Shown here one piece after another: positions 19,513 to 30,281 of a stretch of DNA of 64,000 bases. The notes under the pieces are model-generated. The model made no database searches. It saw nothing but the letters and a program-made list of their open reading frames with translations, and was not told the origin of the DNA. The position numbers and the translations under genes are program-made. Origin of the DNA: an uncultured delta proteobacterium (GTDB taxonomy: Bacteria > Desulfobacterota > RBG-13-43-22); NCBI GenBank assembly GCA_963743305.1, contig CAVUPH010000027.1, forward strand, positions 16,772-80,771. The letters are read 5' to 3'. The stretch's first letter is position 1; the number at the start of each line of letters is the position of its first letter.

Positions 19513-20652
19513 TTACCATTCACAGACCCAGCGACCGATGATTTGCCTTTTTCGCATCGCTTCGGCCACCTCGTTAATCTCTTCCACCTTAAACTTTTTA
19601 GTTAATAATTTTTCCACGTTATACTCCCCTCGCATAATCATGTCGGCGAAGGCGGGGATGTCCTCATGGGTCCGGATATTGCCGTATAGAGTCCCTTGCA
19701 GGGTTTTGCAGTGGACGGGGAAAAAAGTCAGGACCATCTCGGCCGATTGATCCGCCGGATGAATGCCGATCTGAACCCACTTGCCCCCCATGGCCAAGGC
19801 CCAGTAGGCCTGGCTAATGGCGCCGGTATTCCCGCTGACCTCGAAGAGGATGTCCACCCCGCCGCCCATGATCATCCCGTTATCCATCTTTACCCCGCCG
19901 GTTTGTAATTGGATGATCGGGACCGGATCTTCCCGGCTGCTGTTAATAAAATGGGTCACCCCGAAGGCTTTGGCTATTTCCTCTTTACTGCCTTCCAGGT
20001 CCACCCCGAAAATGGGATAAGCACCCCGGAGCTTGGCGCCCTGAACCACATTAAGCCCGACACCGCCCAACCCCCAGACGGCCACGGATTGTCCCGGTTT
20101 CACCTGGGCCACATTATAGGCGGCCCCAAATCCGGTGGGCATGCAACAGGCCAGCGAACAGGCCTGCTCCAACGGCAGGTCGTCTCTGATTTTAATGGCC
20201 CCGGCCTCCACCAGGACCATGTATTCGGCGAAACCGGAAACAAAATTATTGTGCAATAATTGGTTTCCCTGGGCATCCTTCAACCGGGAGGTTCCATCCA
20301 GGAGCGTGCCTTGCGTATGGATGCCATGACTTGTCCGGCAGATATGTCCCTGACCGCTGGTGCACTCCGGGCAGTGCCCGCAGGCCACCATCCAGGTGGC
20401 GACCACGTGATCCCCTTTTTGGAGTGAAGTGACCCCCGGTCCGACGGCCTCGACAATACCGGCGGCCTCGTGCCCGACCACCATAGGCAGCGGGAAGGGG
20501 ACGTCGCCTTCCATGAAAGACAGGTCCGAATGGCAGAAACCGGTATAAGCGGTTTTGACCAAGACCTCCTGTTCCTTGGGCGGGGCCAATTCAACTTCTT
20601 CAATAGTCAATGGTTTTTTATACTCTCTTAGCACTGCCGCTTTCATTTTCAT
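19513..20652 (-). CDS. Zn-dependent alcohol dehydrogenase (MDR)
   Basis: CHSD, GHE, structural Zn motif CGHCPEC...C and GLGGVG. Confidence 0.92.
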   Translation of the reverse strand: MKMKAAVLREYKKPLTIEEVELAPPKEQEVLVKTAYTGFCHSDLSFMEGDVPFPLPMVVGHEAAGIVEAVGPGVTSLQKGDHVVATWMVACGHCPECTSGQGHICRTSHGIHTQGTLLDGTSRLKDAQGNQLLHNNFVSGFAEYMVLVEAGAIKIRDDLPLEQACSLACCMPTGFGAAYNVAQVKPGQSVAVWGLGGVGLNVVQGAKLRGAYPIFGVDLEGSKEEIAKAFGVTHFINSSREDPVPIIQLQTGGVKMDNGMIMGGGVDILFEVSGNTGAISQAYWALAMGGKWVQIGIHPADQSAEMVLTFFPVHCKTLQGTLYGNIRTHEDIPAFADMIMRGEYNVEKLLTKKFKVEEINEVAEAMRKRQIIGRWVCEW

Positions 20653-20701
20653 GTCTTGCCCTCCCTTTCCTAGCTTCAGGTTAACGTGCTTTTTTTTTCG
20701 C

Positions 20702-20736
20702 TTCGTCCTTTTGGGTAGGTACCCCCCCGATCCGGT
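20702..20736. repeat. Solo degenerate end of the 19-bp-TIR miniature element
   Basis: TTCGTCCTTTTGGGTAGGTACCCCCCCGATCCGGT resembles TTCGCCCTTTTGGGTGGGTACCCCCCAGATCTGGT at 27220. Confidence 0.7.
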
Positions 20737-20760
20737 CTGATCGGCTGATCTTGGGGGTTC

Positions 20761-21579
20761 TTAGACCCCCCATTTAACGCCGGCATTGGTCAGCGTTGCT
20801 CCCGAGACATCAACCACCGCCGAGCCGCCGTCAATGAGCAGAACGGACCCGGTCATGAATCTCGAATCCTCGCTGGCCAGGTAACTGCAGATACCCGTGA
20901 TCTCTTCGGGCGCTGCGAAGCGGCGAAGGGGTACGCCCGAGGAGACCACCTGGAAGACGCCCTCCACATCGGTACCCAGCGTTTCTTGGAGTTGGCCGAG
21001 TGAATGCTCCAACATGGCCGTCCTTGTGCCGCCGGGGCAAACGACATTGCAGCGGACGTTGGCAGGACCGTAGTCCAGGGCCACTTGCTGGGTGAGCATG
21101 ATCAGGCCGCCTTTTGACGAGGCATAGGCCGGCATGGTGGGAAGGCAACGGACTCCGCCCAGGGAGGAAATGTTGATGATCGATCCTCCGCCTTGTTTAA
21201 TCATGTGCGGTATGGAGGCCTTCATCAGGAGAAAGGGGCCGGTCAGGTTCGTCTCGATCACCTGCCGCCATAGGTCGGGATCGAGGTCGACCACGGAGCC
21301 CCCGGGATCTATGCCGGCGTTGTTTACCAAAACGTCGATTTTACCGTCAAACGTGAGTGTCGCCTCCACCATTCTTTTGACGTCTTCAAAGTCGGTGACA
21401 TCCCCCGAACAGGTCACCACAGTGCCCGCAGGGAGCGTTTGGGCGACCACGTCCAGCATTTTCTGCCGCCGGCCGGTGATGCAGATCCGCGCTCCGTCGG
21501 CCACAAACCGCGCCGCAATGGCCGCGCCTATTCCCTGCCCCCCTCCGGTAATGAGGGCTACTTTACCATTCAGATTCAT
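20761..21579 (-). CDS. SDR family NAD(P)-dependent oxidoreductase
   Basis: TGGGQGIG, NNAG and YASSK. Start reassigned to MNLNGK (21579), which has a GAGGAGG RBS. Confidence 0.9.
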   Translation of the reverse strand: MNLNGKVALITGGGQGIGAAIAARFVADGARICITGRRQKMLDVVAQTLPAGTVVTCSGDVTDFEDVKRMVEATLTFDGKIDVLVNNAGIDPGGSVVDLDPDLWRQVIETNLTGPFLLMKASIPHMIKQGGGSIINISSLGGVRCLPTMPAYASSKGGLIMLTQQVALDYGPANVRCNVVCPGGTRTAMLEHSLGQLQETLGTDVEGVFQVVSSGVPLRRFAAPEEITGICSYLASEDSRFMTGSVLLIDGGSAVVDVSGATLTNAGVKWGV

Positions 21580-21737
21580 TTTGACCTCCTCAACGCTTGC
21601 TGGTCCGGACCTTTTTTTGTCCGGAATGGTTTGGACTTCCTCAGACCGGTTATCCATGCAGATCAGCCTCGGTCTCCTCCCGGCTTGCCGATCCCCTGAA
21701 TTCGAAGGTGGTCTTCCCGGCGGGAAAGGCCTGTTGC

Positions 21738-22364
21738 CTAGTTCAGGGAATCGATCATGAATTGGGCGGCGAGTCTCGCGCCGATACCCGGCGGCAGACC
21801 GCACTTTTCGAACCCCTTCTCCTTGGAAAAGGTCATCATGGCCTCTTCGCTCTCCCCCGGATTAAGCCTGTGCCCGAGGATGACCGTTTCCATAATGTCT
21901 GAGCAATACAGATGCCCTATTTCACCCTCGAAGCGAGCCATGAATTTCTGAGCCATCAGGATCGTGTTATTCAGGGCGCCATAATCCAACCGGTCATTGC
22001 TTCCGAAGAAGAGCCCGAAAGCCATCAGGCTGCCCGTGATCCCCCCGCATATTTCACCGGTGCCGCCAATCCCGGGGAAAGGGGTGAGGGCCTGGATGAT
22101 TTCCATGGAACCCAGTCCAAATTCCTCGAGCAACGCCAGGGCCGTACCCTGAGCGCAGTTTTTAAGGATAAAGTTATATTCCTCCGCCCGCAACTGGACG
22201 CGGTCCAGGATCTCTTCCTTTCTCGCCAGCATCTCCGCCGGGTCGAGCTTCCGGGAGGAAATCCCTTCAGCCGACAGTTCTCTGACCCGCGCCTCAATAG
22301 CCGCGGCCTCCCAGACCCTCCCGGCCAGTTCGTCGACCTTCTTCTTTAGCCGCTCTTCATTCAC
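21738..22364 (-). CDS. C-GCAxxG-C-C family putative redox-active protein
   Basis: NCAQG, GEICGGITG, LYCSD and EKC cysteine pattern. Confidence 0.8.
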   Translation of the reverse strand: MNEERLKKKVDELAGRVWEAAAIEARVRELSAEGISSRKLDPAEMLARKEEILDRVQLRAEEYNFILKNCAQGTALALLEEFGLGSMEIIQALTPFPGIGGTGEICGGITGSLMAFGLFFGSNDRLDYGALNNTILMAQKFMARFEGEIGHLYCSDIMETVILGHRLNPGESEEAMMTFSKEKGFEKCGLPPGIGARLAAQFMIDSLN

Positions 22365-22470
22365 CGTTCAAATCCCCCTTTCCGCCCTTCGATTCTTGTT
22401 TCACCCACCTCGGTCTTTGACCGCATTTCAATCCGAGGCTCGAAGGGGCTTGTTGTCCTTCCCCTCGGTA

Positions 22471-23175
22471 TCACAACCCCAGATAGGCCTTGCGTATGTG
22501 ATCATTATTCATAAGATCGACGGCCTTTCCCTCCAGGGTGAGCCGGCCATTCTCCAACACGCAAGCGCGATCGGCCAACTCCAAGGCCTGCTTGACGTTC
22601 TGCTCCACCAGCAGGACGGTGATCCCTTGCTGGGGCAAGGATTTGATGATTCGGAATATCTCGGCCACCAATATCGGTGCCAGACCGTAAGACGGCTCGT
22701 CGAACATGCAGAGCTTGGGCTTGGACATCAAACCCCGGCCGATGGCCACCATTTGCTTTTCACCGCCGCTCAGGGTCCGGGCTATCTGACCACTCCGTTC
22801 CTTAAGCCTGGGGAATATCTCGTAGACCTCTTGGAGCGTCTCTTTCTTCCGGTCCCAGGCCCGGGACAGGTAGGCGCCCATTTCAAGGTTTTCGCGGACG
22901 GTCATATCCGGAAAAAGTCTTCCTTCCTGAGGGACCTGGGAAATGCCCTGTCCTACGATCATCTGGGGCGGCTGCCCTTCTAATCGCCGGCCCAGGAATT
23001 CAACGCTTCCCGCTGCTCCGGGAACGACCCCGGATAGGGTGTTCAGGAGCGTCGTCTTGCCGGCCGCATTGGCCCCAACAAGGGCCACGATCTCCCCTTG
23101 GTGGACCTCGAAGCTGACCTCCCACAAGGCCTGAATCTTTCCGTAAAAAGTGCTCAGATTTCTGACTGAAAGCAT
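22471..23175 (-). CDS. livF: Branched-chain amino acid-type ABC transporter ATPase
   Basis: GANAAGKT, LSGGEKQM and DEPSYGLAP. Confidence 0.9.
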   Translation of the reverse strand: MLSVRNLSTFYGKIQALWEVSFEVHQGEIVALVGANAAGKTTLLNTLSGVVPGAAGSVEFLGRRLEGQPPQMIVGQGISQVPQEGRLFPDMTVRENLEMGAYLSRAWDRKKETLQEVYEIFPRLKERSGQIARTLSGGEKQMVAIGRGLMSKPKLCMFDEPSYGLAPILVAEIFRIIKSLPQQGITVLLVEQNVKQALELADRACVLENGRLTLEGKAVDLMNNDHIRKAYLGL

Positions 23176-23179
23176 CGTT

Positions 23180-23899
23180 TCATTTTCCCAGATAGACTTC
23201 AATGACGGTCTCGTTGTTGACTATCTCCGCCGGTGTTCCCTCGGCGACCTTTACTCCATAGTGCAACATGATGATCCGGTCACAAATGCTCATGATGGCC
23301 TTCATCACATGTTCGATCATCATAATGGTAATTCCAATGTCTCGAATCCTGGTGATCAAGGCCATCGCCTCGGACGTCTCCGTCGGATTCAAACCGGCGA
23401 TCACTTCATCCAACAGCAACAGTTCCGGTTTAGTCGCCAAGGCCCTGGCCACCTCGAGTCTCTTCTGCTGAGCCATGGTTAGATCCTTCGCCAGGATCGT
23501 CCAGGGAACGGACAACCCGGTGAACTCCAAAAGTTCCAGCGCCTCTTTGGTCGCCTGGGCCGAGGACATGCCGCCGGGAGCGCCAAAGTGCGCGGCCAGG
23601 GTAACGTTTTCAAGAACGGACAGGTTGGGGAAGACCCTCACCGCCTGAAAAGTCCTGGCCACTCCGGACCGGCAGACCTGGTAGGATTGAAGACCGCTGA
23701 TCTTGGCCCCCTTGAATCGGATCTCTCCGGAATCCACCCGGATGGCTGCCGAGATGAGATTGAACAGCGTAGTCTTGCCGGCCCCATTGGGGCCGATGAG
23801 CCCTACGATTTCACCCCGGTCGACGTGAAAGTCGACATTGGTAATCGCGGCTAACCCGCCAAAATGCTTATTGACTCCTAAACCCTCAAGAATTTGCAT
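23180..23899 (-). CDS. livG: Branched-chain amino acid-type ABC transporter ATPase
   Basis: GPNGAGKT, ARTFQ, LLLDE and EHVM. Confidence 0.9.
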   Translation of the reverse strand: MQILEGLGVNKHFGGLAAITNVDFHVDRGEIVGLIGPNGAGKTTLFNLISAAIRVDSGEIRFKGAKISGLQSYQVCRSGVARTFQAVRVFPNLSVLENVTLAAHFGAPGGMSSAQATKEALELLEFTGLSVPWTILAKDLTMAQQKRLEVARALATKPELLLLDEVIAGLNPTETSEAMALITRIRDIGITIMMIEHVMKAIMSICDRIIMLHYGVKVAEGTPAEIVNNETVIEVYLGK

Positions 23900-24837
23900 G
23901 TCGCCTGGCTGCGCCTCCCTTCGTCCACTTCTGTAACCATCCTACCAACCCGCCGGGAAGATACAATATAGCGATGACCAGGATGGAACCGAATATGAGC
24001 ATATAATGGTAGGGGAACTGAGTGATCAGTAATTCCTCCAAATAAGCAAAGACGGTCGCACCCAGTATGGGACCGTAGAACGTTCCCATGCCGCCGAAAA
24101 TGGCCATCAACACCGGCATGAACGAAAAGAGAGGATTGAAGGCGATGTAGGGGTCGATGTAGGTCCACTTGGTTGCCATGATGGCGCCGGTGGCGCCCAT
24201 AAAGAAGGCGCTGACCCCGAACATAATGGTCTTGAGAGCGGTGACGTTAACGCCGGCATGGGCCGCGGCCTCGTCGTCTTCCCCAATGCTCTTTAAGGCC
24301 AACCCGTACTTCGATTCTCGAATAAGGTAAGCGGTGAGAAGCAATACCGCGAGGATAGCCAGCATGACATAGAAGATGGTCGCATTATTGATGACGATCA
24401 CGAATCGGCCCCGGGTGTGCGTCAGTCTGACTTCGTACCAGAGGATAAGCTGCTGGATAAGCACGACGAGGCCGAAGGTAAATATGGAGAAATAGATGCC
24501 TTTCAAGCGCAGCGTCAGGGCGCCGACCACCAGAGCGAGGCCAAGACTGGTGAGAGCGCCGGCCCCGATAACCAGGGGCAGAGGGAGTACCTTACCCAGT
24601 ACGGCCGAGGTGTAGATGCCAATGCCCAGAAAGGCGGCCGGCGCGAGAGAGATGTTGCCCGTGGGTCCGGAAAACATGACCCAACTGACCGTCAAAATGA
24701 TGTACATGACGACGGACGTCATGAGAATCATCGTGTATTCGTCCCCATAAAGGGGTAGAACGGGCGAGTAGCATGAAGATCAGGATGGCCAATCCCCATG
24801 AAAACAGCCTTTTTGCAGGAAGCGCAGTCGGATTCAT
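23886..24837 (-). CDS. livM: ABC transporter permease LivM-like; frameshift near 24760
   Basis: LRLKGIYF, GEDDEAAAHAGVN and GGMGT. The N-terminus MNPTALPAKRLFSWGLAIL is in a different frame from the body. Confidence 0.8.
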
Positions 24838-24842
24838 TTTCT

Positions 24843-25717
24843 CTATTTCCCCATAAGGCCGGTGGGTTTTATCCAGAGCAGGAGCATAAAGAGCAGATAA
24901 TAGGCGGCCAGCGACAGTCCCGGCTCTATTTTGGTGACAATGCTGCCGATCAGACCCAGTATGAAACCGCCGATAAAACTGCCGGGGATGTTGCCCAGCC
25001 ACCCCCAGGACGACCACGATGATGGTGATGATCGTGTATTCGAGGCCCATCGTCGTATGAACCGGGTAAGACATGCTGACGAGCAGGCCGGCGAGGCCGG
25101 CCATCAGTGTACCGAAGCCGAAGCATAGGGCCAGCACTTGGTTGATGTTAACCCCCATGAGCGCGGCAGATCTCGGATCCTGGGCCGCTGCCCGGATGGC
25201 CTTTCCGAGACCGGGTGCGTACCAGGAAAAGGTAAAAGACGATACCGATGACCACGGCAAAGGCCAGGGTGACCAGACGGTTAGCGGCGAAGAGGGCGCC
25301 CGAAGACGCTGACCGGATAGGTCATGAAGGTGTAGGCCCTGGTCTCGGTGCCCCAGAGGATGGAGGCCACGATTCTGAATGATGAAAAGAATACCGAAAG
25401 AGGCCAGCATCGAGTTGCCCTCAAAGACGCCAAAGAAGGCGACGTAGTTCGCAGCCGTTTGAAGACGATTCTGTGGAGCCCATAACCCAGACCGAAGGCG
25501 ACGGGACCACAGATCGGCCATGCAGATCAGAGGATTCAGCCCGAAGGCCTGGTTCAGGGACCAGGTGGATAGAGCCCCGAGCATCATGAATTCGCCGTGG
25601 GCAACGTTCAAGACCCGGGCCACACCGTACTGAAGGCTCAGTCCTACGGAGATCAGGGCGTAGATGCCGCCCAACAAGCAAGCCGGCAACCACTACGTCA
25701 AGAATTTGCACAATCAT
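24843..25717 (-). CDS. livH: ABC transporter permease LivH-like; several frameshifts
   Basis: MIVQILD..., GGIYALISVGLSLQYG..LNVAHGEF, GKAIRAAAQD and KPTGLMGK* are distributed over different frames. Confidence 0.78.
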
Positions 25718-25795
25718 GAGGATAGCTTCCTAATGGTCGGTTAATTATGATACAGGCTGCCCGGAGGCGGCCCGCCGGACAGCCTGCTCACCCTT

Positions 25796-27038
25796 CTACT
25801 TCTTTGCCGGTGCCGGTGCAGGCCAATTCGGCTTGGGATAGATGAACGGCGCCGTAGATTTGTTTTTAGGACCGACTACCTCAAATTCTCCTTTCTGCCA
25901 CTGGCCGATCTCCCCGGTGTGGGACTCCTTGTCCAGAAACCCCTTCACAAAGCGGGTCGGCCCGAGCACCGTGTTGAAGGTCTCCTTGGCCAAGACGTCC
26001 CGGACCTTCTTGTTGTCGAGGGTCCCGGCCTTCTCGATGGCCTGTTTCCAGAACTCCAGGGCCGCCCAATAGAGCGGGTGCCCCCAATAGTCGTGGATCG
26101 CTTCAGGCTTGCCTTTGTAGAGCTTCTCGAACAGGGCCTTCATGGCGGGAGATGTTTTCTTGCTCGCCATGTCAAAACCCAGTACCCCCTCTGTCGCCGG
26201 ACCGAATATGGCGTGGTAAAAGCCGAAATTGACTCCGGGGCCGCCCAGAAAGGCCTTCGGGTTGTAGCCGAGTTCCATGCATTGCTTGGTAGCCAGAATG
26301 ACCACGTCCGGATAACCCAGGACCAACAGGGCGTCGGCCTTGGACGCCTGGGCCTCCTTCAGGATGGAAGACAGGTCCTTGATGTCGGGGGGTACGCTCT
26401 TCATCCCGACGATATTGATCCCCCTCTTGGGCAGTTCTATGCTCGACACGCCGGAATACTCGATGCCGAAGAGGTCGGCCATGGAGATGAGGTAGGCCGT
26501 TTTGGCGCCCTTTTCGGCGAGCAGGTCGGCCAGGACCGGTATCTGGTTCCAGTCGGAGAAACTCAGGGAGATGAAGGTATAGGGCAGGCTGGGCATCATA
26601 TCCCGAATGCTGGTGGCGCCGCCTTCCATCGATATAAGCAGCTTATTGTACTTATTGGCTATGGGAGCTTGGGCAAAGAGAAAAGGCGGTGCCGCAGGCG
26701 GGCCACAGGAAGTCGACCTTGTCCTGGAGGATCAATTTCTCCGTAAGTCTGGTCATGGTGCCCACGTCACTCTTATCGTCGTATATTTTCAGTTCTATGG
26801 GCAGTTTCTTGTTGTACTCTTTGACGAAGATTCCACCCTGGGCATTGACTTCCTTAACCCAGGTCTCATAGACCGGTCTGAAAGCCGAGTCTCCGATCTG
26901 GGCCATCCATCCGGAAAGCGGTCTGGACATGCCGACCACGATCTTGTCTTTTGTTTTCGCTGCTGAAAAGGCGGTAAGGGGCAATACGACAAATGAAATC
27001 AGCACCGCTAAGCAAACCACATACTTTAGATTTTTCAT
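25796..27038 (-). CDS. ABC transporter substrate-binding protein (LivK family); +1 homopolymer frameshift near 26683
   Basis: Signal peptide MKNLKYVV.... Removing one T from TTTT gives CGTAFLFAQAPIANKYNKLLISMEGG and joins the two ORFs. Confidence 0.85.
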
Positions 27039-27219
27039 CTTCCCTCCCTCGATTGCTTCTTTTGAAAGATTTTCCCATGATTCCTGGTCCAAAGGCAAGA
27101 CGCCTCCTCCCCATAACTACCTATCCTTGAGAATGCCGGTACACCCCCCCTTCCGTTAAATTGGTTTATATTCCTTGGTCTAAGGATGCTCCCCGCCAAC
27201 ATCCCGGGATAAAATGGTG

Positions 27220-27349
27220 TTCGCCCTTTTGGGTGGGTACCCCCCAGATCTGGTAAGGTGGAAAACCTTTCGCCGAGACCCAGTGGCCACGGAGGCCTAA
27301 ATTCTGTCTAAGCTACCACATATTGTGGCCACCCACCCAAAAGGGCGAA
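27220..27349. mobile_element. 130-bp MITE-like element with perfect 19-bp terminal inverted repeats
   Basis: TTCGCCCTTTTGGGTGGGT ... ACCCACCCAAAAGGGCGAA. Internal blocks are shared with 33573-33897. Confidence 0.75.
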
Positions 27350-27373
27350 GCGTCGATAAAATAAAGGTATTTT

Positions 27374-27389
27374 AGCAAAATCAATGCCA
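27374..27389 (-). promoter_or_regulatory. sigma54 (-24/-12) promoter of the livK...mop...mft transcription unit
   Basis: Minus-strand TGGCATTGATTTTGCT matches TGGCAC-N5-TTGCW. Confidence 0.8.
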
Positions 27390-27480
27390 AAAAATACTCC
27401 CCCTTCTCCGAAAATATTGGTTTGATTTTATAGAGAAAATGAATACGAAGGCTGATAGCGATAAAAAGGGGTCTGTTATG

Positions 27481-27517
27481 GTTTGCTAAATCGAGATTTT
27501 TTCTCATTTTGGCAAAC
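27481..27517. promoter_or_regulatory. Putative upstream activator site for the adjacent sigma54 activator
   Basis: Imperfect inverted repeat GTTTGCTAAATCGAGA / TCTCATTTTGGCAAAC about 100-130 bp upstream of the sigma54 promoter. Confidence 0.5.
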
Positions 27518-27524
27518 CGAAGCA

Positions 27525-29498
27525 TCAAAGGCGAGTATCGGGCTTGAAAATTTGTTCGCGGTAAAAACCAAATTCCTTCATTTTTCTGTAAAAAGTGCTT
27601 AAGGGCACACCCAATGAATCGGCGGCTTCCTTGACGTTACCAAATCGCTTCAGGGCTCCGACAAATGAGTCTTTAGTGACCTCCTCCATGGTTTGTCCCT
27701 GACCGGCCACCCGCTTCGGATCGAAGGATATAACATCCGCGACATCCTCTAAAGCAATAGTCTCTCCCTGGCTGAAAATGAAACCACTCTCCAAGCAGTT
27801 TCTGAGTTCCCGGACATTTCCGGGCCAAGGATATTTAGAAAAGGCCTTTAGGGCTTCCGGTTCCAAGCCCCGTATCGAGCGATTGAATTTCCGGTTCATC
27901 TCGTCAATGAAGTAATCGACCAGGAGCGGAATATCCTCCTTTCGCTCCCTCAGGGGAGGGAGGCGAAGTTTCACGACGTTTAATCTAAAAAAAAGGGAGG
28001 GGACAAAACGCCCTTTCTCCATCTCTTCCCCCAGGTTCGCCGCACTGGCCACGATGATACGGATATTCAAAGGGAAGGGATCCTTCCCTCCGATTCTGGA
28101 AACACAGCGATCCTCAATGACCCGCAATATCTTTCCTTGGGCCGCAACGCTCATCAGGTGAATTTCATCCAAAAAGAAGGTGCCGCCGTTGGCCAATTCG
28201 AACTTGCCGGCATTCCCCTCCCGGAGGGCACCGGTGTAGGCCCCCTTTTCGTACCCGAATAGCTCACTTTCGATCAGTTCCCGAGGAATAGCGGCACAAT
28301 TGAGGGCGATGAACGGCCCCTGTCGGTAGAGGCTTTCGCTATGAATTCCTTGAGCAAAGAGTTCTTTTCCGGTCCCGGTCTCTCCCTCGATCAGGATTGT
28401 GGATCCTGTTTTCGCCGCCATTTTGGCCCGCTCCACCACCTGCACCATTTTGGGACTGGTGCCGACGATATTGCGGAAAGTATATTGCGCCTTCGCGGAG
28501 GCTCGTTCCGGGATTGTTTTAAGCCGCTTCTCCTTCTCTAATCTGAGCACAAAGGCAATTTCTTTCCCGGATTGATTGAAAATCGGTATCGATTCCGCGG
28601 AAAAGGACCCGGATTTTTTATCTCCCAAGGAAACTTTACACCCGGATCCCCCGAAAAGACGCTCGATCCGGCCCTGATCACCCAAGATGGTTCTGACATT
28701 CTTATTTTTCAGGTCTTGGATATTGACCCTAAAGAAGTCCTTGGCCTTTTGATTTAGATCGATGACGGCCCCCCCGGCATCGGTCAACACCAACATACTA
28801 TTGGAATAATCAAAAGTGGAATGGTAGTAGGAATGAAAAAGTTCAAGCTGGTCTAACTTCCTTTTTAAGGTAAGTTCAAACTGAATAGAATTGGCGATGT
28901 TGAACATAAGGGGGATAAGCTGCTTTAATTTTTCGGAGTCTTCCAAGGCCACGGTGAAATCCAAGACGCCCAGGAGATTCTTTTCCCCGTCCATGATGGG
29001 ACTGGCAATACAACTGGCCCAATGAATGGCCTGGATAAAATGTTCTTCGGCATTGACGGCGGCAAACCGGTTCTCTTCCAGACAGATGCCCGGTGCGGTG
29101 GTGCCTAGAATACCTTCTTTGATGGAGCTACCGATTAGGGTTGTTTGGGAACTTTCTTCCATCTGTTTAATTATCTGGTCATCGCCTTGCAAGAACTGGA
29201 TGGTTCCGTCCCGATCGGCGAAAAACAGGCAAACGGGTAAGAAAGAAAAATATTTCTCGATGTTTTTATAATGGGCCTGGAGGATTTCATAAAGGTCACA
29301 GGGAGAATCGGATCGTTTCCGAATCGCGCCCTGATCTATCCGCATCAACCTGGTTTCTTTTCGAGGATTGACATTGGCCTTTCGACACCGCTCCCAAGAT
29401 TGTCTTATGTTTACAGGAATTTCATTAATATCCCCCGCCCCGGAGACAAATTTATTCCAGACATCGTAAAAGTCGGTTCTGCGCGTCAGTTTTTTCAT
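27525..29498 (-). CDS. sigma54-dependent activator, GAF-PAS-AAA-HTH (AcoR-like)
   Basis: SWERC...GAF N-terminus, GETGTGKE, ESELFG, GAYTGA, WPGNVREL and a Fis-type HTH. Confidence 0.9.
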   Translation of the reverse strand: MKKLTRRTDFYDVWNKFVSGAGDINEIPVNIRQSWERCRKANVNPRKETRLMRIDQGAIRKRSDSPCDLYEILQAHYKNIEKYFSFLPVCLFFADRDGTIQFLQGDDQIIKQMEESSQTTLIGSSIKEGILGTTAPGICLEENRFAAVNAEEHFIQAIHWASCIASPIMDGEKNLLGVLDFTVALEDSEKLKQLIPLMFNIANSIQFELTLKRKLDQLELFHSYYHSTFDYSNSMLVLTDAGGAVIDLNQKAKDFFRVNIQDLKNKNVRTILGDQGRIERLFGGSGCKVSLGDKKSGSFSAESIPIFNQSGKEIAFVLRLEKEKRLKTIPERASAKAQYTFRNIVGTSPKMVQVVERAKMAAKTGSTILIEGETGTGKELFAQGIHSESLYRQGPFIALNCAAIPRELIESELFGYEKGAYTGALREGNAGKFELANGGTFFLDEIHLMSVAAQGKILRVIEDRCVSRIGGKDPFPLNIRIIVASAANLGEEMEKGRFVPSLFFRLNVVKLRLPPLRERKEDIPLLVDYFIDEMNRKFNRSIRGLEPEALKAFSKYPWPGNVRELRNCLESGFIFSQGETIALEDVADVISFDPKRVAGQGQTMEEVTKDSFVGALKRFGNVKEAADSLGVPLSTFYRKMKEFGFYREQIFKPDTRL

Positions 29499-29620
29499 GC
29501 CAATCCTCTAATCATCGGTTCTACAATTTTCCAGGTCTTTCGGGCAGAGAAGGAACTACCGTGAGCAGAGGACAATCCCGGGGTAGCGTCTGGCCTTCGG
29601 AATTTTGGTCCTTTTCCCCT

Positions 29621-29743
29621 TTAATAAACACCACAAATTCCGTCGATGGCCAATTCTTCGATTTTGATCTCTTCGATAGCAAAAATTTCCTCGTTGATTT
29701 CCTTATTGGTTTCCTCGTTGATTTCTTTTTCTGGTTGGATCAT
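29621..29743 (-). CDS. mftA: Mycofactocin precursor peptide MftA (40 aa)
   Basis: Manual translation MIQPEKEINEETNKEINEEIFAIEEIKIEELAIDGICGVY*, with an acidic leader, the IDGxCGVY terminus and an upstream AGGAGG RBS. Absent from the ORF track. Confidence 0.93.
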   Translation of the reverse strand: MIQPEKEINEETNKEINEEIFAIEEIKIEELAIDGICGVY

Positions 29744-29850
29744 CTTTAGAAAACCTCCTGGTGTCTGAGTATTTAGAAATAGCAGAAATGGTCCGGTAGT
29801 CGGTCCGGCCCTGTTGGATAAAGTTCCAATCCTTGTGGGCTAGGTAGTTA

Positions 29851-30174
29851 TCACTTTAAAGATTCCATGGATATACAGGAATGGGCAAAGGAAGCGCCGG
29901 CATTCATGGCCACGGCCACGAAAATAACTTCGGAGATCTCTTCATCCGTGGCCCCGGCCTGTTTGGCCTTTTGAACGTGGTTGTCAATGCAATAGGGGCA
30001 GCGGGTGATGTGGGCGCAGGCGACAGCGATCAGTTCCTTCACTTTAAGGGACAGTTTCCCTTCTTCAAAAACTTTCTGATTGAAGGCGACAAATGAAGTA
30101 AAAAGATCTTTGTTGAGTTCCAATAATTTTTGGAAATTTTTGGGCCCGTCTTTAGGGTAAAAGAAATCGCTCAT
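29851..30174 (-). CDS. Carboxymuconolactone decarboxylase/AhpD-family protein
   Basis: KELIAVACAHITRCPYCIDNH (ExxxxxxxxxxxCxxCxxxH pattern) and GATDEEI. Confidence 0.88.
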   Translation of the reverse strand: MSDFFYPKDGPKNFQKLLELNKDLFTSFVAFNQKVFEEGKLSLKVKELIAVACAHITRCPYCIDNHVQKAKQAGATDEEISEVIFVAVAMNAGASFAHSCISMESLK

Positions 30175-30281
30175 GGCATCCTTCCTTCATCAAAGTTTCT
30201 GTAGGCGCACCGGTTCAATCCAATGCATCTTCTAGTTTCCTGGGGGCAAATGAAGATTTACCCCCAGGCCGGGTTTTAGAT

